Shown here: positions 27,113-36,791 of the stretch, one piece after another
Position numbering within the stretch: position 1 is the first letter of the stretch
Layout of the letters: each line of letters starts with the position of its first letter
NCBI GenBank assembly: GCA_903860135.1
Contig: CAIOPG010000012.1
Coordinates: forward strand, 1-60,221
Length of the DNA: 60,221 nucleotides
DNA from: Candidatus Omnitrophota bacterium
Lineage (GTDB): Bacteria > Omnitrophota > Gorgyraeia > Zapsychrales > Fredricksoniimonadaceae
Direction of reading: 5' to 3'
Translations under genes and position numbers: made by a program
The notes under the pieces: generated by a model
Told to the model about the DNA's origin: nothing
Databases searched by the model: none
The model's input: the letters and a program-made list of their open reading frames with translations, nothing else

Positions 27113-27868
27113 ATGCCGATGGCTAAAGCACTGATCATCATTCCGACGTACAATGAAAGCCAAAATATGAAAGAACTGATTCCGGTCATTTTTCATCAGG
27201 TGGCACGCAATGAATTTGATCTGGAGTTTCATATTCTTGTTGTGGATGATAATTCAGCGGATGGGACAGGCCAGGTCATTGAGGCTTTGGCTCATGATTT
27301 TCCGGTTTACCTTTTAAAGCGGGAGAAGAAACTGGGGTTAGGGACGGCGTATATTGCAGGGTTTAAGTGGGCCCTGGAGCGCGATTATCAGTATATTTAT
27401 GAGATGGATGCGGACTGGTCGCATGATCCGGTCTATCTGCTCTCATTTATCCATAAGATGCAGGAGGATAATGCTTCGTGTGTGATCGGGTCGCGTTTTT
27501 ATCAGTGGCGTGTTTCTGTTGTTAATTGGGACATTAAAAGGTTGATCTTGAGCCTTGTGGGGCACAGGTACGCCCGCTTTGTTTTAGGGCAGATGGATAT
27601 TTACGATACCACGTCGGGATTTAAATGTTTCAGGCGGGAAGCCATCGAGGCCTTGGCATTGGATAATATCACCTCCAACGGGTATATTTTTCAACTTGAA
27701 ATTAATTACAGGCTTTTTAGAAAGAAGATGCGGATCGCGGAGATTCCCATCATATTTAAAGACAGGGTTTACGGGGTTTCAAAATTGTCAGCAGGGGTGA
27801 TTTACGAAGGCTTATGGTTACCGCTGAGACTGAAGCTTCTTTTGATGATCCACGGGAATAAATTTTGA
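27113..27868 (+). CDS. GT2 polyprenyl-phosphate glycosyltransferase (Dpm1/Ppm1/GtrB-like)
   Basis: IIIPTYNESQN, ILVVDDNSADGT, GLGTAYIAGF, and EMDADWSH (DxD/ED region). Confidence 0.8.
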   Translation: MPMAKALIIIPTYNESQNMKELIPVIFHQVARNEFDLEFHILVVDDNSADGTGQVIEALAHDFPVYLLKREKKLGLGTAYIAGFKWALERDYQYIYEMDADWSHDPVYLLSFIHKMQEDNASCVIGSRFYQWRVSVVNWDIKRLILSLVGHRYARFVLGQMDIYDTTSGFKCFRREAIEALALDNITSNGYIFQLEINYRLFRKKMRIAEIPIIFKDRVYGVSKLSAGVIYEGLWLPLRLKLLLMIHGNKF

Positions 27869-29367
27869 TGCCTACTAAGATCATCTTGGCGAATTTGAGC
27901 GGGATAAAGTCGATGCCCGACGGCCGTTGGCGGCATCTGGTAAAAGCCGGGTCGCGTTGGCCTATGACGATCGGGTATGCCAGGCATGTTGATTATTATC
28001 CTTTTCCGTTCTCTCTGGCATACGGGACAGCCTTGTTGAAGCGCTCGTTCCCTGATCTCAATGTGCAGGGGATCGATGGTGTTGTCGATGATCTGGATGA
28101 TGATGCGTTGTTCAGACGTTTGCAGTTGTCTCCTCCCGATATTTTTATCAGTGAAGTGACGCTGATCACCCTGAACGATGATCTGGCATTTATTAAACGG
28201 GTCAAGTCATCCTTCAAGTGTATGGTTATTGTTACCGGTGTCTATCCATCTGTATTCCTAGAAAACATATTCTTAAATGATACCCCGATCGACTATGCCA
28301 TTTATGGCGAATATGAGCTGTCCTTGGATAGGCTTGTCAGGGTTGTCGTTGATGGTAATGATCCGGTAGCCGCACGATGTATCCCGGGGATAATCTTCAA
28401 GAACAATGATGGTATCTTTAAACATAAACAGCGTGCGGCGATCCAGGATCTGAATGCGCTGCCTTGCCCTGACAGGCAGGATTTTCCGCCGGATAAGTAT
28501 GCGGATTTTGCTGTTCATTTTCCTTGTGTCAGCATTATGGCCAGCCGTGGCTGTCCTGCTGGTTGTGTTTATTGTGTGGAGCGCCATGTGATCTATGCAT
28601 CGCCAGGTTACAGGATGAGAGATCCTTTGATGGTTGTTGATGAAATGCTTTACTGCCGGGATGTTTTGGGCGCGAAACAATTTTATTTTGATGATCAAAG
28701 CCTAGTGGTGAACAAAGGATATATTACCAGTCTTTGCGCGGAGATGCAGCGGCGGGCGTTGAATACCCCGTGGACCTGCATGGCCGATGCCATGTTCCTT
28801 GAACGGCCTTCGTTGGATATGATGGCGGAGGCGGGATGTATCGGTATCAAATTTGGTGTCGAGTCGGCTAATGAAGCAATATTAAAGCATATCCACAAGC
28901 CACTTGATCTTATAAAAGTTAAAGAAGTTGTTGCCTGGTGCCGTGCGCTCAAGATATCAACGCATGCCACATTCTGTGTCGGGCTGCCGCATGAGTCGGA
29001 ACAAACACTCGGGCAGACAACAAGTTTTATTAAGGCATTGGATGTGGATAGTGCGCAGGTATCACGCGCGGTGCCTTATCCGGGGACGCCTTTTTATACA
29101 TGGGCTAAAGAAAACGGGTTTCTGCGTACAGAGGATCTTGATTTATTTGACGGGATGTCTTCATCCGTTCTTAATTATCCTCAGCTTTCATCAGGGAAGA
29201 TCGATCTGTGGTATGAAAAGATATCCAGGATAGCAGCACGCAGGAAATTGATGAATTATATAAGGCATCCGTGGAGGTCTTTTTTTGTTTTGATTTATAT
29301 GTTAAAGCATCAGGGATTCAAGAAACCATTCAGTGCACTGACTGTATTTCTTGGACGGAGTTATTAA
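27868..29367 (+). CDS. B12-binding-domain radical SAM protein (paralogue 1)
   Basis: N-terminal Rossmann-like B12-binding region and ASRGCPAGCVYC radical SAM cluster. The ATG at 27868 overlaps the upstream stop (TGATG). Confidence 0.8.
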   Translation: MPTKIILANLSGIKSMPDGRWRHLVKAGSRWPMTIGYARHVDYYPFPFSLAYGTALLKRSFPDLNVQGIDGVVDDLDDDALFRRLQLSPPDIFISEVTLITLNDDLAFIKRVKSSFKCMVIVTGVYPSVFLENIFLNDTPIDYAIYGEYELSLDRLVRVVVDGNDPVAARCIPGIIFKNNDGIFKHKQRAAIQDLNALPCPDRQDFPPDKYADFAVHFPCVSIMASRGCPAGCVYCVERHVIYASPGYRMRDPLMVVDEMLYCRDVLGAKQFYFDDQSLVVNKGYITSLCAEMQRRALNTPWTCMADAMFLERPSLDMMAEAGCIGIKFGVESANEAILKHIHKPLDLIKVKEVVAWCRALKISTHATFCVGLPHESEQTLGQTTSFIKALDVDSAQVSRAVPYPGTPFYTWAKENGFLRTEDLDLFDGMSSSVLNYPQLSSGKIDLWYEKISRIAARRKLMNYIRHPWRSFFVLIYMLKHQGFKKPFSALTVFLGRSY

Positions 29368-29393
29368 GTAATGGTGTGTTCACGCTTGAGGCC

Positions 29394-30779
29394 ATGATGC
29401 GTATTGTACTCGTCCATGCACCCGTAGAGCGGATCATTGAAGAATATGATGCGCCCGCGTATCCGCATCTTGGATTAGCCTGCCTGGCGACCTATGCCCG
29501 GCGCAAAGAATTTGACGTCGCTGTGATCGATGCCAAGTTTGAACGCTTGACACTGCCGTCTCTTTTGACGAGGATCAAGGCCTTGGGGGGAGAAAGGCTT
29601 GTCATTGGTTTAACGGCCATGACGCATGACATCACCAGGAATGCTTTTGTTGCCGGGGAATTAAAACGGCACTTCCCCGGGGTAACGGTGCTTATCGGCG
29701 GTGTTCACGTTTCTGCATTGCCACGACAAACCTTTCAGGAGTTCCCGACATTTGATATTGGCGTCATTGGTGAAGGCGAGGTAACATTCATTGAACTCCT
29801 GTCGGCGTTGAGAGATGGAGGTCCATTATCGGCCGTGCGTGGCCTTGTTTACAGGGAAGGCCCTGAAGTCATATTATCAGAGGGCAGGGGCTGGATCGAT
29901 GATCTTGATGTGGTTGGTTATCCTGACTGGGATCTTTTTCCTTCTGCCCAAGAATATCCGGTTAATATTGGCAGGGGATGTCCTGTCCCGTGCATTTTTT
30001 GTATGCGGGCTTCGGGTACAAAAAGCCGTTTCAGGTCAGCCGCCAATATCCTTGAAGAGTTAGATTTGCTCAACAGAAAATACAAGCCGCAGTATGTGCG
30101 TTTCTTTGGTGATGATTTTGCGGCTGACAAAGTGCTTACGCACACCATCCTGGAAGGGCTTTCACAGATCAAACCGGTCTTCAAATGGTGTGCCGGGATG
30201 CGTGTATCTAATATTGATAAAAGCATCCTGCAGGCGATGAAGAGGGCCGGGTGTGAGCATTTTGAAATAGGTGTTGAGTCGGGGAATAAAGACATTTTAA
30301 AGGCGATCAGGAAGGGGATCGCCCTTGAAAAAGTAGAGAAAGCTGTCCGCCTTGCCAAAGAGGTCCGGCTGGATTGTTGGTGTTATTTCATTCTGGGGCA
30401 TCCCCATGAGACAGAAAAGACGGCCCTGGATACGATCAATATCCTTTGTAAGTTAAATCCGACGCAAGCGGCGGTGGGCATTATGGTTCCCTATCCCGGC
30501 ACTGAAATATGGAATATGGCTGTCAGGGGTGAGGGCGGGTATACATTGTTATCCCATGACTGGCAGGACTATAATAAACAACTGGGGAATGCACTGGAAC
30601 TGGAACATCTTTCAAGGCGGCAATTGGAATGCCTGCAAATGCGTGCTTACGTTATGCTCTTTGTATCTAATTTCAGATTTCTTGATTTTTTAAAATTTTG
30701 TTGGCGTTACCGGCGAGAAGCGTATTTCTTCTTGCGGCATTATCTGACCCGGCTGTTCAATCCCAACAGGTTGAAGTGA
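29394..30779 (+). CDS. B12-binding-domain radical SAM protein (paralogue 2)
   Basis: MMRIVLVHAP... B12-binding-type N-terminus (GLTAMTHD, LIGGVHVS) and IGRGCPVPCIFC cluster. The track start at 29271 lies inside the previous gene. Confidence 0.8.
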   Translation: MMRIVLVHAPVERIIEEYDAPAYPHLGLACLATYARRKEFDVAVIDAKFERLTLPSLLTRIKALGGERLVIGLTAMTHDITRNAFVAGELKRHFPGVTVLIGGVHVSALPRQTFQEFPTFDIGVIGEGEVTFIELLSALRDGGPLSAVRGLVYREGPEVILSEGRGWIDDLDVVGYPDWDLFPSAQEYPVNIGRGCPVPCIFCMRASGTKSRFRSAANILEELDLLNRKYKPQYVRFFGDDFAADKVLTHTILEGLSQIKPVFKWCAGMRVSNIDKSILQAMKRAGCEHFEIGVESGNKDILKAIRKGIALEKVEKAVRLAKEVRLDCWCYFILGHPHETEKTALDTINILCKLNPTQAAVGIMVPYPGTEIWNMAVRGEGGYTLLSHDWQDYNKQLGNALELEHLSRRQLECLQMRAYVMLFVSNFRFLDFLKFCWRYRREAYFFLRHYLTRLFNPNRLK

Positions 30780-32533
30780 TGGTTGTCTGTATAAAATATA
30801 ATAGATCGATCGTTGAAGCCATGCTTTTTGTACTAGTGCTTTTGATCGCGTTATTCGTAGGCTTCTTTGATCCACTGCACTTGACACATCCACCTCATGG
30901 GGATCTTTTACTCAATGCGAATGCCGTATTTAATATTCATAATCATATCCCTTATGTGGTCAAAGGGAATTTACAATGGATGAATGAAAGAGAATATTAT
31001 TTTTATGTATCGCCACTGACAGATTATTTTTCGGCTTTATTCTGGGATAACAAGAAAGGCTTGATCGAGAATGCCATTCCTCCTGTAGTTTGGGGTGTTA
31101 TATTTACATACAGCTTGGCGTATTTATTTGCGCGAAGGTATTTCGGGAGAAAAGTTGCTTTTGCCACTATCTTTCTCATGTCGCTTTCTTCCTACTGGTA
31201 TAATTATACGGTCAGAAGCCTTTATGCGCCGTGGGCTTTCCTGCCCGGCTTCTCTGTTTTATTTTGTTGGATATATTTGAAGTTCCGGCAGAGTGGGAAT
31301 CTTTGGTTTATGGTTGTATCCGGCGGTATTGCGGCGATCGCTTTTTACTTTGTTACATGGCCATTCATTGTTTTAGTTATCCCGTCTTTGTTGATCATGA
31401 ACTTCATGCGGCGTGCTGAACCCGGCAAATCTAAATTGATGGCAGGTTTCTTTATCTTTCTGGCCGTGTTCACCGTCTTGGTTGCGATTAAGGAATACCT
31501 GTTTGTGGCAACAGGATTGAGATATCCGGGTGATCCTGGCGGGTTGGAAACATATTTTAAGATCTTTTTTCAAGGGAGGTGGGTTTCCGAGAAAGCAGTT
31601 TCTACTTTCTCATGGGTCAATATTTTTTCAAGTATGGGTGACAACATCGCCAATGTTTTGAAAATGATCTTTATCCCGACAGCTGTTTATCCCGGTGGGA
31701 ATCTTCTCTCTGCCCGCCCCCTTGATGCGGCTTTACCATTAATGACGCCGCTGGTCACCCTAGCGTTTATCCCGGGTCTTGCTTTTATGTTCTTCAAGAA
31801 AAGCAGTGAGGATATCAATAAATTCCTGCCGTGCATTGTTTTACTTACAATCGGTATGCTGGCTTTTCTTCTGGCGGCGCCTGTCCCGAGGTATATGCTG
31901 ACTATTTTCCCTTTTGTCTACATGATCGCGGCTTACTATATCGTCGGTGTTTATAACCGTTGCACGATGAATCAGACAAAACGGATTATATTTTTTCTTT
32001 TGATCTCGGCCCTGCTTCTGTTCAATATCAAGGAAACTGTTCAAGACTATATGGGGAAAGTCTTGCCCGCTTATTCCCGATTTGAACACAATTGTTATAA
32101 CAGTATCCAATGGCCTTTTGAGTCGCTGAAGACGTTTCTAGATGAAAACAAGGGTGATTATGACCTTATTGTTATTCCCAACAATTTTACTTCGCAAATG
32201 ATAACTTATTTAAGATTATGGCCATGGCTGGTCCAGGTGGACGGACACCCAGCGGCGAAGGCGATCGCCAGCTATTCATTGTTTCTCAAGGGCCTGCCTT
32301 TCTTGCGCGCTGAACAATACCCCAACGTGTTGATCATAACTAATGTATATAATAGTTTATTGAATGATGAGATATGCCCCGGGTGGCCTAACTTGATGCC
32401 TTATGATAAAACAGCGCTGACGCCGAATGATGTCGAAGCCTTATTTCCTCAGGCAAAGTTTCTCAGGTATGCCGGCTGTACGGTTTATTCGCAGATGCTG
32501 GCATTGTATGAAGTTGACAGGCGCAAGCTGTAA
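30779..32533 (+). CDS. polytopic membrane protein, GT-C (ArnT/PMT_2-like) glycosyltransferase candidate
   Basis: At least 10 hydrophobic segments over ~430 aa, followed by a ~150-aa soluble C-terminal domain. TGATG overlap with the upstream gene. Sits next to a polyprenyl-P-sugar synthase-like GT2. Confidence 0.45.
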   Translation: MVVCIKYNRSIVEAMLFVLVLLIALFVGFFDPLHLTHPPHGDLLLNANAVFNIHNHIPYVVKGNLQWMNEREYYFYVSPLTDYFSALFWDNKKGLIENAIPPVVWGVIFTYSLAYLFARRYFGRKVAFATIFLMSLSSYWYNYTVRSLYAPWAFLPGFSVLFCWIYLKFRQSGNLWFMVVSGGIAAIAFYFVTWPFIVLVIPSLLIMNFMRRAEPGKSKLMAGFFIFLAVFTVLVAIKEYLFVATGLRYPGDPGGLETYFKIFFQGRWVSEKAVSTFSWVNIFSSMGDNIANVLKMIFIPTAVYPGGNLLSARPLDAALPLMTPLVTLAFIPGLAFMFFKKSSEDINKFLPCIVLLTIGMLAFLLAAPVPRYMLTIFPFVYMIAAYYIVGVYNRCTMNQTKRIIFFLLISALLLFNIKETVQDYMGKVLPAYSRFEHNCYNSIQWPFESLKTFLDENKGDYDLIVIPNNFTSQMITYLRLWPWLVQVDGHPAAKAIASYSLFLKGLPFLRAEQYPNVLIITNVYNSLLNDEICPGWPNLMPYDKTALTPNDVEALFPQAKFLRYAGCTVYSQMLALYEVDRRKL

Positions 32534-32567
32534 CTTTTATTAACATTATTTCTTTTGAGCCATTGAC

Positions 32568-33458
32568 ATGACCTTTGAAAATCCTGCTTTAAGAATTAAG
32601 AATTTACAGGACATTATTTGTTGTCCTGTTTGTAAGAACAGCCTGACTTTTGATGGTAATTCTCTTTGGTGTGCGCCTTGCGGGTTGGCGTACACGATCA
32701 CGGAGGGGATCCCTGACCTTGTTGTTCATGATCTTGAATATTGCGACCAAATACGGGTGGAATGCGAGACGGATTTCTTTAGTTCTCAATTTGGACAACG
32801 GAATGGTTATCAGGTGTATGCCCTGGATGAGTATCCGCGTATCCTTGACGCCATGCAGTTAGGGCATAACAATAACAATGACCGGAAGAAAGTATTAAGC
32901 ATTGGTTGTGCCTCGGGGGTATTTGAACGTGAGTTAATGAAGCGGAATTATCAGGTTGTCGGTGTTGATCTTGTAACGAGTTTACTGCAAAGGTGTGAAT
33001 TCTTAACCGTGCGCGCGGATGCCGTGAGTTTACCGTTTATCATGAATGCCTTTGATCATGTGATCTGTATCGGTGTTTTGCATCATGTGCCGGAGGCCTT
33101 GCATGCCAAGGCGTTGCGCGAGATCCTGCGGGTTTTAAAGCCTGGGCAAACAGCGCATTTCTTTGAACCCAATGCTACAACCCGTAGCGCGATAACGCAT
33201 CCAGCCTCGCAGTTCCTTAAGGCCAGGACATTAATTGAAAAGCCTATTTCTTTGCCGGCCTTCCAGCGGCTGGCAACAGCGCTTTTCTCGAAGGTGAATG
33301 TGTCTTATATAAAAGAAGTCAAACTCGTGAATTTACATAAAATGTATACTTTTTTATATCAGGTTGTTAAAATGATTTTCGATTGTATCCCGGGAACTAA
33401 CAACAAAGAATTCTTTGTTTTAATAGCGCATAAACAGCGCTCTATGACTGGCGGTTGA
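32568..33458 (+). CDS. Trm112-like zinc-ribbon fused to class I SAM-dependent methyltransferase
   Basis: CPVCKNSL...CAPCGLAYTITEGIPDLV (Trm112/YbaR-like), then VLSIGCASGVFE (motif I) and VICIGVLHHV. Confidence 0.75.
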   Translation: MTFENPALRIKNLQDIICCPVCKNSLTFDGNSLWCAPCGLAYTITEGIPDLVVHDLEYCDQIRVECETDFFSSQFGQRNGYQVYALDEYPRILDAMQLGHNNNNDRKKVLSIGCASGVFERELMKRNYQVVGVDLVTSLLQRCEFLTVRADAVSLPFIMNAFDHVICIGVLHHVPEALHAKALREILRVLKPGQTAHFFEPNATTRSAITHPASQFLKARTLIEKPISLPAFQRLATALFSKVNVSYIKEVKLVNLHKMYTFLYQVVKMIFDCIPGTNNKEFFVLIAHKQRSMTGG

Positions 33459-33464
33459 TTTTTT

Positions 33465-34895
33465 ATGGCAAAGATGATTTTCGTTCAAGATGTCGCGTTT
33501 GAAGCTTTTGGTGTGGAATATTTATCTGCTTATGTGAAATCAAAAGGTCATACGGTTGATCTGATCATCCTGAACCAGGAAAAGAACAATTTCAATCCGG
33601 TAGCCTATTTGGCGGATCAAAAGCCTGATGTTGTCGGTTTTTCGATAACGACCATTGATCATCAGTGGTCAACGGCATTGGCGAAGAAAATTAGACAGGA
33701 AGAAAGGCTTGCTGGTACACTCGTTATTTTCGGCGGAGCGCATCCCACCATGTCTCCGTCCATGATCGAAGATGACGGGGTCGATATGATTTGTGTGGGC
33801 GAGGGGGAGTATGCCCTGGCTGAACTTTTGGACCATATCGATAAAGGTGTCCGCGATCACTCCACGATCAAGAATATTTATGTCAAAAAAGACGGGCATG
33901 TTTTCAAGAATGAATTAAGGCCTTTAATCGAGAACTACGATCTGCTGCCTTTTCCTGACAGGGATATTTATTTCAAATATCCTATTTTAAGGGATATGAC
34001 CACGAAAAAATTCTTTTCAGCCAGGGGTTGCCCTTACCACTGTACTTATTGCAATAATCACTATTATCAGAAGTTATTTGCGGGGTTGGGTAAATATGTT
34101 GTTTATCGCCGCCCGGAGCACGTCATTGAAGAAATTAAGTACGTCCGGCAGAAGTACGGATTTAAACATGTTTATCTCGCAGCTGAGACGGTTACAACCA
34201 ATCACCCATGGTTAAAGAAGTTCCTTGAATTATACAAGAAAGAAATAGCAGTTCCCTTCTCTTGTTTATCAAGAGTGAATGAACTTGATGAAGATATCAT
34301 TAAAAATCTGGCTGATGCCGGGTGTTATTTCACATCTTTCGGGCTTGAAAGCGGCAGTGATCGCCTCAGGAATGGCTTGCTTAAGCGTGGAATGTCGCGA
34401 GAGAAATTGCTTGAGGTTGCAGCCTTATTGCATAAATATAAAATCAAGTTCCTGGTGCACCAGATTTTTGCGTTGCCGACAGAAACGATTGAGGAAGCAT
34501 TTGAGACTGTCCATATGTGTGTGCGCATGAAGGCCGATTCAACGTGGAGCACTATTTTTCAACCGTATAAAGGGACCGAGATCTATCAGTATTGTAAAAC
34601 GAACAATTTGCTTGTATCAGAAGAAGTGTCTGAAAATGTGAATAGTTTATATGCGCAGAGCACGCTTAAACAGCCGCATATAAAAGAAATATCGAATTTG
34701 CAAAAACTTGTGTTGATCTGCCTTAAATGCCCGGTAGCCATACCTTTAATCAGAGCCGCCATCAAGCTACCCAATAATATATTCTTTGAATTTATATCTA
34801 AGATCAATATGTTGATCAGTTTCAGGTTAAGGTATCGCCTTGGGTATGTTGAAATGCTGGGGATGTATTTGCGTTCCAAGAAACGTTTCGGTTGA
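33465..34895 (+). CDS. B12-binding-domain radical SAM protein (paralogue 3)
   Basis: DVVGFSITT and IFGGAHPT (B12-binding-type), with the SARGCPYHCTYC cluster. Confidence 0.8.
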   Translation: MAKMIFVQDVAFEAFGVEYLSAYVKSKGHTVDLIILNQEKNNFNPVAYLADQKPDVVGFSITTIDHQWSTALAKKIRQEERLAGTLVIFGGAHPTMSPSMIEDDGVDMICVGEGEYALAELLDHIDKGVRDHSTIKNIYVKKDGHVFKNELRPLIENYDLLPFPDRDIYFKYPILRDMTTKKFFSARGCPYHCTYCNNHYYQKLFAGLGKYVVYRRPEHVIEEIKYVRQKYGFKHVYLAAETVTTNHPWLKKFLELYKKEIAVPFSCLSRVNELDEDIIKNLADAGCYFTSFGLESGSDRLRNGLLKRGMSREKLLEVAALLHKYKIKFLVHQIFALPTETIEEAFETVHMCVRMKADSTWSTIFQPYKGTEIYQYCKTNNLLVSEEVSENVNSLYAQSTLKQPHIKEISNLQKLVLICLKCPVAIPLIRAAIKLPNNIFFEFISKINMLISFRLRYRLGYVEMLGMYLRSKKRFG

Positions 34896-34945
34896 GCAAC
34901 GCCGTTCATTTGAAAATCCAGTGTTAAATCAAGTGTTAAACTTTC

Positions 34946-34974
34946 TTGACGACTCTGGGGTGATAATATATATT
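34946..34974 (+). promoter_or_regulatory. sigma70-like promoter for tRNA-Gly
   Basis: TTGACG (34946-34951), 17-nt spacer, TATATT (34969-34974). The tRNA starts 26 nt downstream. Confidence 0.45.
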
Positions 34975-34999
34975 CATCTGTCTACCTGATTGCTGTTAT

Positions 35000-35073
35000 G
35001 CGAGAGTAGTTCAGTGGTAGAACCTTAGCCTTCCAAGCTGATGACGCCGGTTCGATTCCGACCTCTCGCTCCA
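35000..35073 (+). tRNA. tRNA-Gly (anticodon UCC)
   Basis: Manual fold. Acceptor GCGAGAG/CTCTCGC, D arm GTTC-AGTGGTA-GAAC, anticodon arm TTAGC-CTTCCAA-GCTGA. T arm GCCGG-TTCGATT-CCGAC has one C-A mismatch. CCA is encoded. Confidence 0.85.
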
Positions 35074-35088
35074 TTTTACTGGAATTAA

Positions 35089-35793
35089 ATGAAAATCACC
35101 TTATTGATCCCCACATTGAATGAAGAGACCGGCATGCGTTCTGTCATGCCGCGTGTGGACACGTCCCTTTTTGAGCAGATACTTGTGGTCGACGGGAACT
35201 CTAAAGATAATACGGTCGCTGTGGCACGCAAGATGGGCTATGATGTCGTATTGCAGAAAAGTCCCGGCATCCGCGGGGCGTACATGGATGCCCTGCCGTT
35301 TGTCAGGGGGGAGGCGGTGCTTACCTTTAGTCCTGACGGGAATTCTATCCCCGAGCTGCTCAAGCCTTGTATCGCCAAGTTTGAAGAAGGGTACGATATG
35401 GTGATCGTTTCGCGTTATGCCCAAGGGGCACGCAGTTACGATGATGATGCCGTTACGGCTTTCGGGAACTGGTTGTTTACAGCGAGCATCAATCTTTTTC
35501 ATGGCGGTAAATACACCGATGCCATGGTCATTTACCGCATTTATCGCAAAAGCCTTATCGAGCAACTGGCGCTGGATCAGGATGCGAGCTACGCGTTTGA
35601 AGAAAAACTTTTTCGGACAAATGTCAGTTGGGAACCATTGCTGTCTATTCGCGCCGCCCGTCACAAGCTTAAGGTCGCCGAGATCCCTGGCGATGAGCCT
35701 GCGCGTGATGGTGGCGAACGCAAACTGCAGGTCCTTAAATGGGGTGCCGCGTATTACTGGCAGATCCTGCGGGAAATATTTATCCGTCTATGA
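35089..35793 (+). CDS. GT2 glycosyltransferase (CsbB/GtrB/Dpm1-like polyprenyl-phosphate sugar synthase candidate)
   Basis: LLIPTLNEE, ILVVDGNSKDNT, TFSPDGN (DxD-equivalent). Short soluble GT2 of the lipid-carrier-charging type. Confidence 0.7.
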   Translation: MKITLLIPTLNEETGMRSVMPRVDTSLFEQILVVDGNSKDNTVAVARKMGYDVVLQKSPGIRGAYMDALPFVRGEAVLTFSPDGNSIPELLKPCIAKFEEGYDMVIVSRYAQGARSYDDDAVTAFGNWLFTASINLFHGGKYTDAMVIYRIYRKSLIEQLALDQDASYAFEEKLFRTNVSWEPLLSIRAARHKLKVAEIPGDEPARDGGERKLQVLKWGAAYYWQILREIFIRL

Positions 35794-36791
35794 CAAAACA
35801 GCCCATGGTTATTTCAGTGATTGGTGATGGCGGCTGGGGAACCACGCTAGCGGTTCTTTTGGCGGAGAAAGGGTATGCTGTATGCCTTTGGGGTGCGTTT
35901 GCTGACTATTCGGCAAAGGTGAGTTCAACCCGCATTAATGAAAAATTTTTGCCTGGTATCCGTATTCCGGATCAGGTTTATGTGACGTCAGATCTCAAAG
36001 AGGCGATTGAGCACAGTGAATTGATCGTGTTGGCGGTGCCCTCACAATACCTTGCCGCGACACTGGGGGACATCCGTAAATGTGATTATCAAGGCAAGTC
36101 ATTTGTCAGCGTGGTCAAAGGGATCGATACGCAGACATTCTTGACCATGAGCCAGCTGATCAACAAGGAGCTTGGTAAGGTTCCTATAGCTGTACTTTCC
36201 GGCCCGACGATTGCGATCGAGGTGGCCCGGAAGATCCCCACAACAGCGGTATCAGCGTCTGTTGATGCGCTTCTTGCCAGGCAGGTGCAGGCGGTGTTCA
36301 GCAGTCCTACTTTTCGTGTTTATACCAATCGTGATGTGATGGGGGTCGAGATCTGTGGCAGCGTCAAGAATGTTATTGCTTTGGCGTGTGGCATTTGTGA
36401 TGGCTTGGGTTTTGGTACGAATACCAAAGCGGCCTTGTTGACCCGCGGGCTTGTTGAAATGACACGTTTGGGTAAGATTTTGGGTGCCAAGCCAGGGACC
36501 TTTACCGGGTTGGCTGGCCTTGGTGATCTTGCCACAACGTGCTTTAGCCCTAACAGCCGCAATCGTTTTGTGGGCAACGAACTGGGCAAGGGGCGTTCCA
36601 TCAAGGACATTCTTTCTTCGATGGATGCGGTGGCTGAGGGTGTTGTTACTGCCAAGGCCGTACATGATCTTGCCAGAAAACTCAACGTTGATATGCCCAT
36701 AACAGAAGCTGTTTATGAGGTGGTCTACGGTCATGGTGATCCTCGTAAAGCAGTGGCCGGTCTTATGGGCCGTGCCTTGAAATCCGAATGA
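35790..36791 (+). CDS. gpsA: NAD(P)H-dependent glycerol-3-phosphate dehydrogenase
   Basis: VIGDGGWGTTLA dinucleotide fold, GVEICGSVKNVIA and GLGDL motifs. The ATG at 35790 overlaps the upstream stop (ATGA). Confidence 0.9.
   Translation: MTKQPMVISVIGDGGWGTTLAVLLAEKGYAVCLWGAFADYSAKVSSTRINEKFLPGIRIPDQVYVTSDLKEAIEHSELIVLAVPSQYLAATLGDIRKCDYQGKSFVSVVKGIDTQTFLTMSQLINKELGKVPIAVLSGPTIAIEVARKIPTTAVSASVDALLARQVQAVFSSPTFRVYTNRDVMGVEICGSVKNVIALACGICDGLGFGTNTKAALLTRGLVEMTRLGKILGAKPGTFTGLAGLGDLATTCFSPNSRNRFVGNELGKGRSIKDILSSMDAVAEGVVTAKAVHDLARKLNVDMPITEAVYEVVYGHGDPRKAVAGLMGRALKSE

Noticed and set aside
35000-35073. tRNA-Gly as a possible pseudogene, because of a C-A mismatch in the T stem.
   Set aside because: All other stems, the T-loop (TTCGATT), the D-loop and the CCA end are canonical. 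A single mismatch is tolerated in functional tRNAs.
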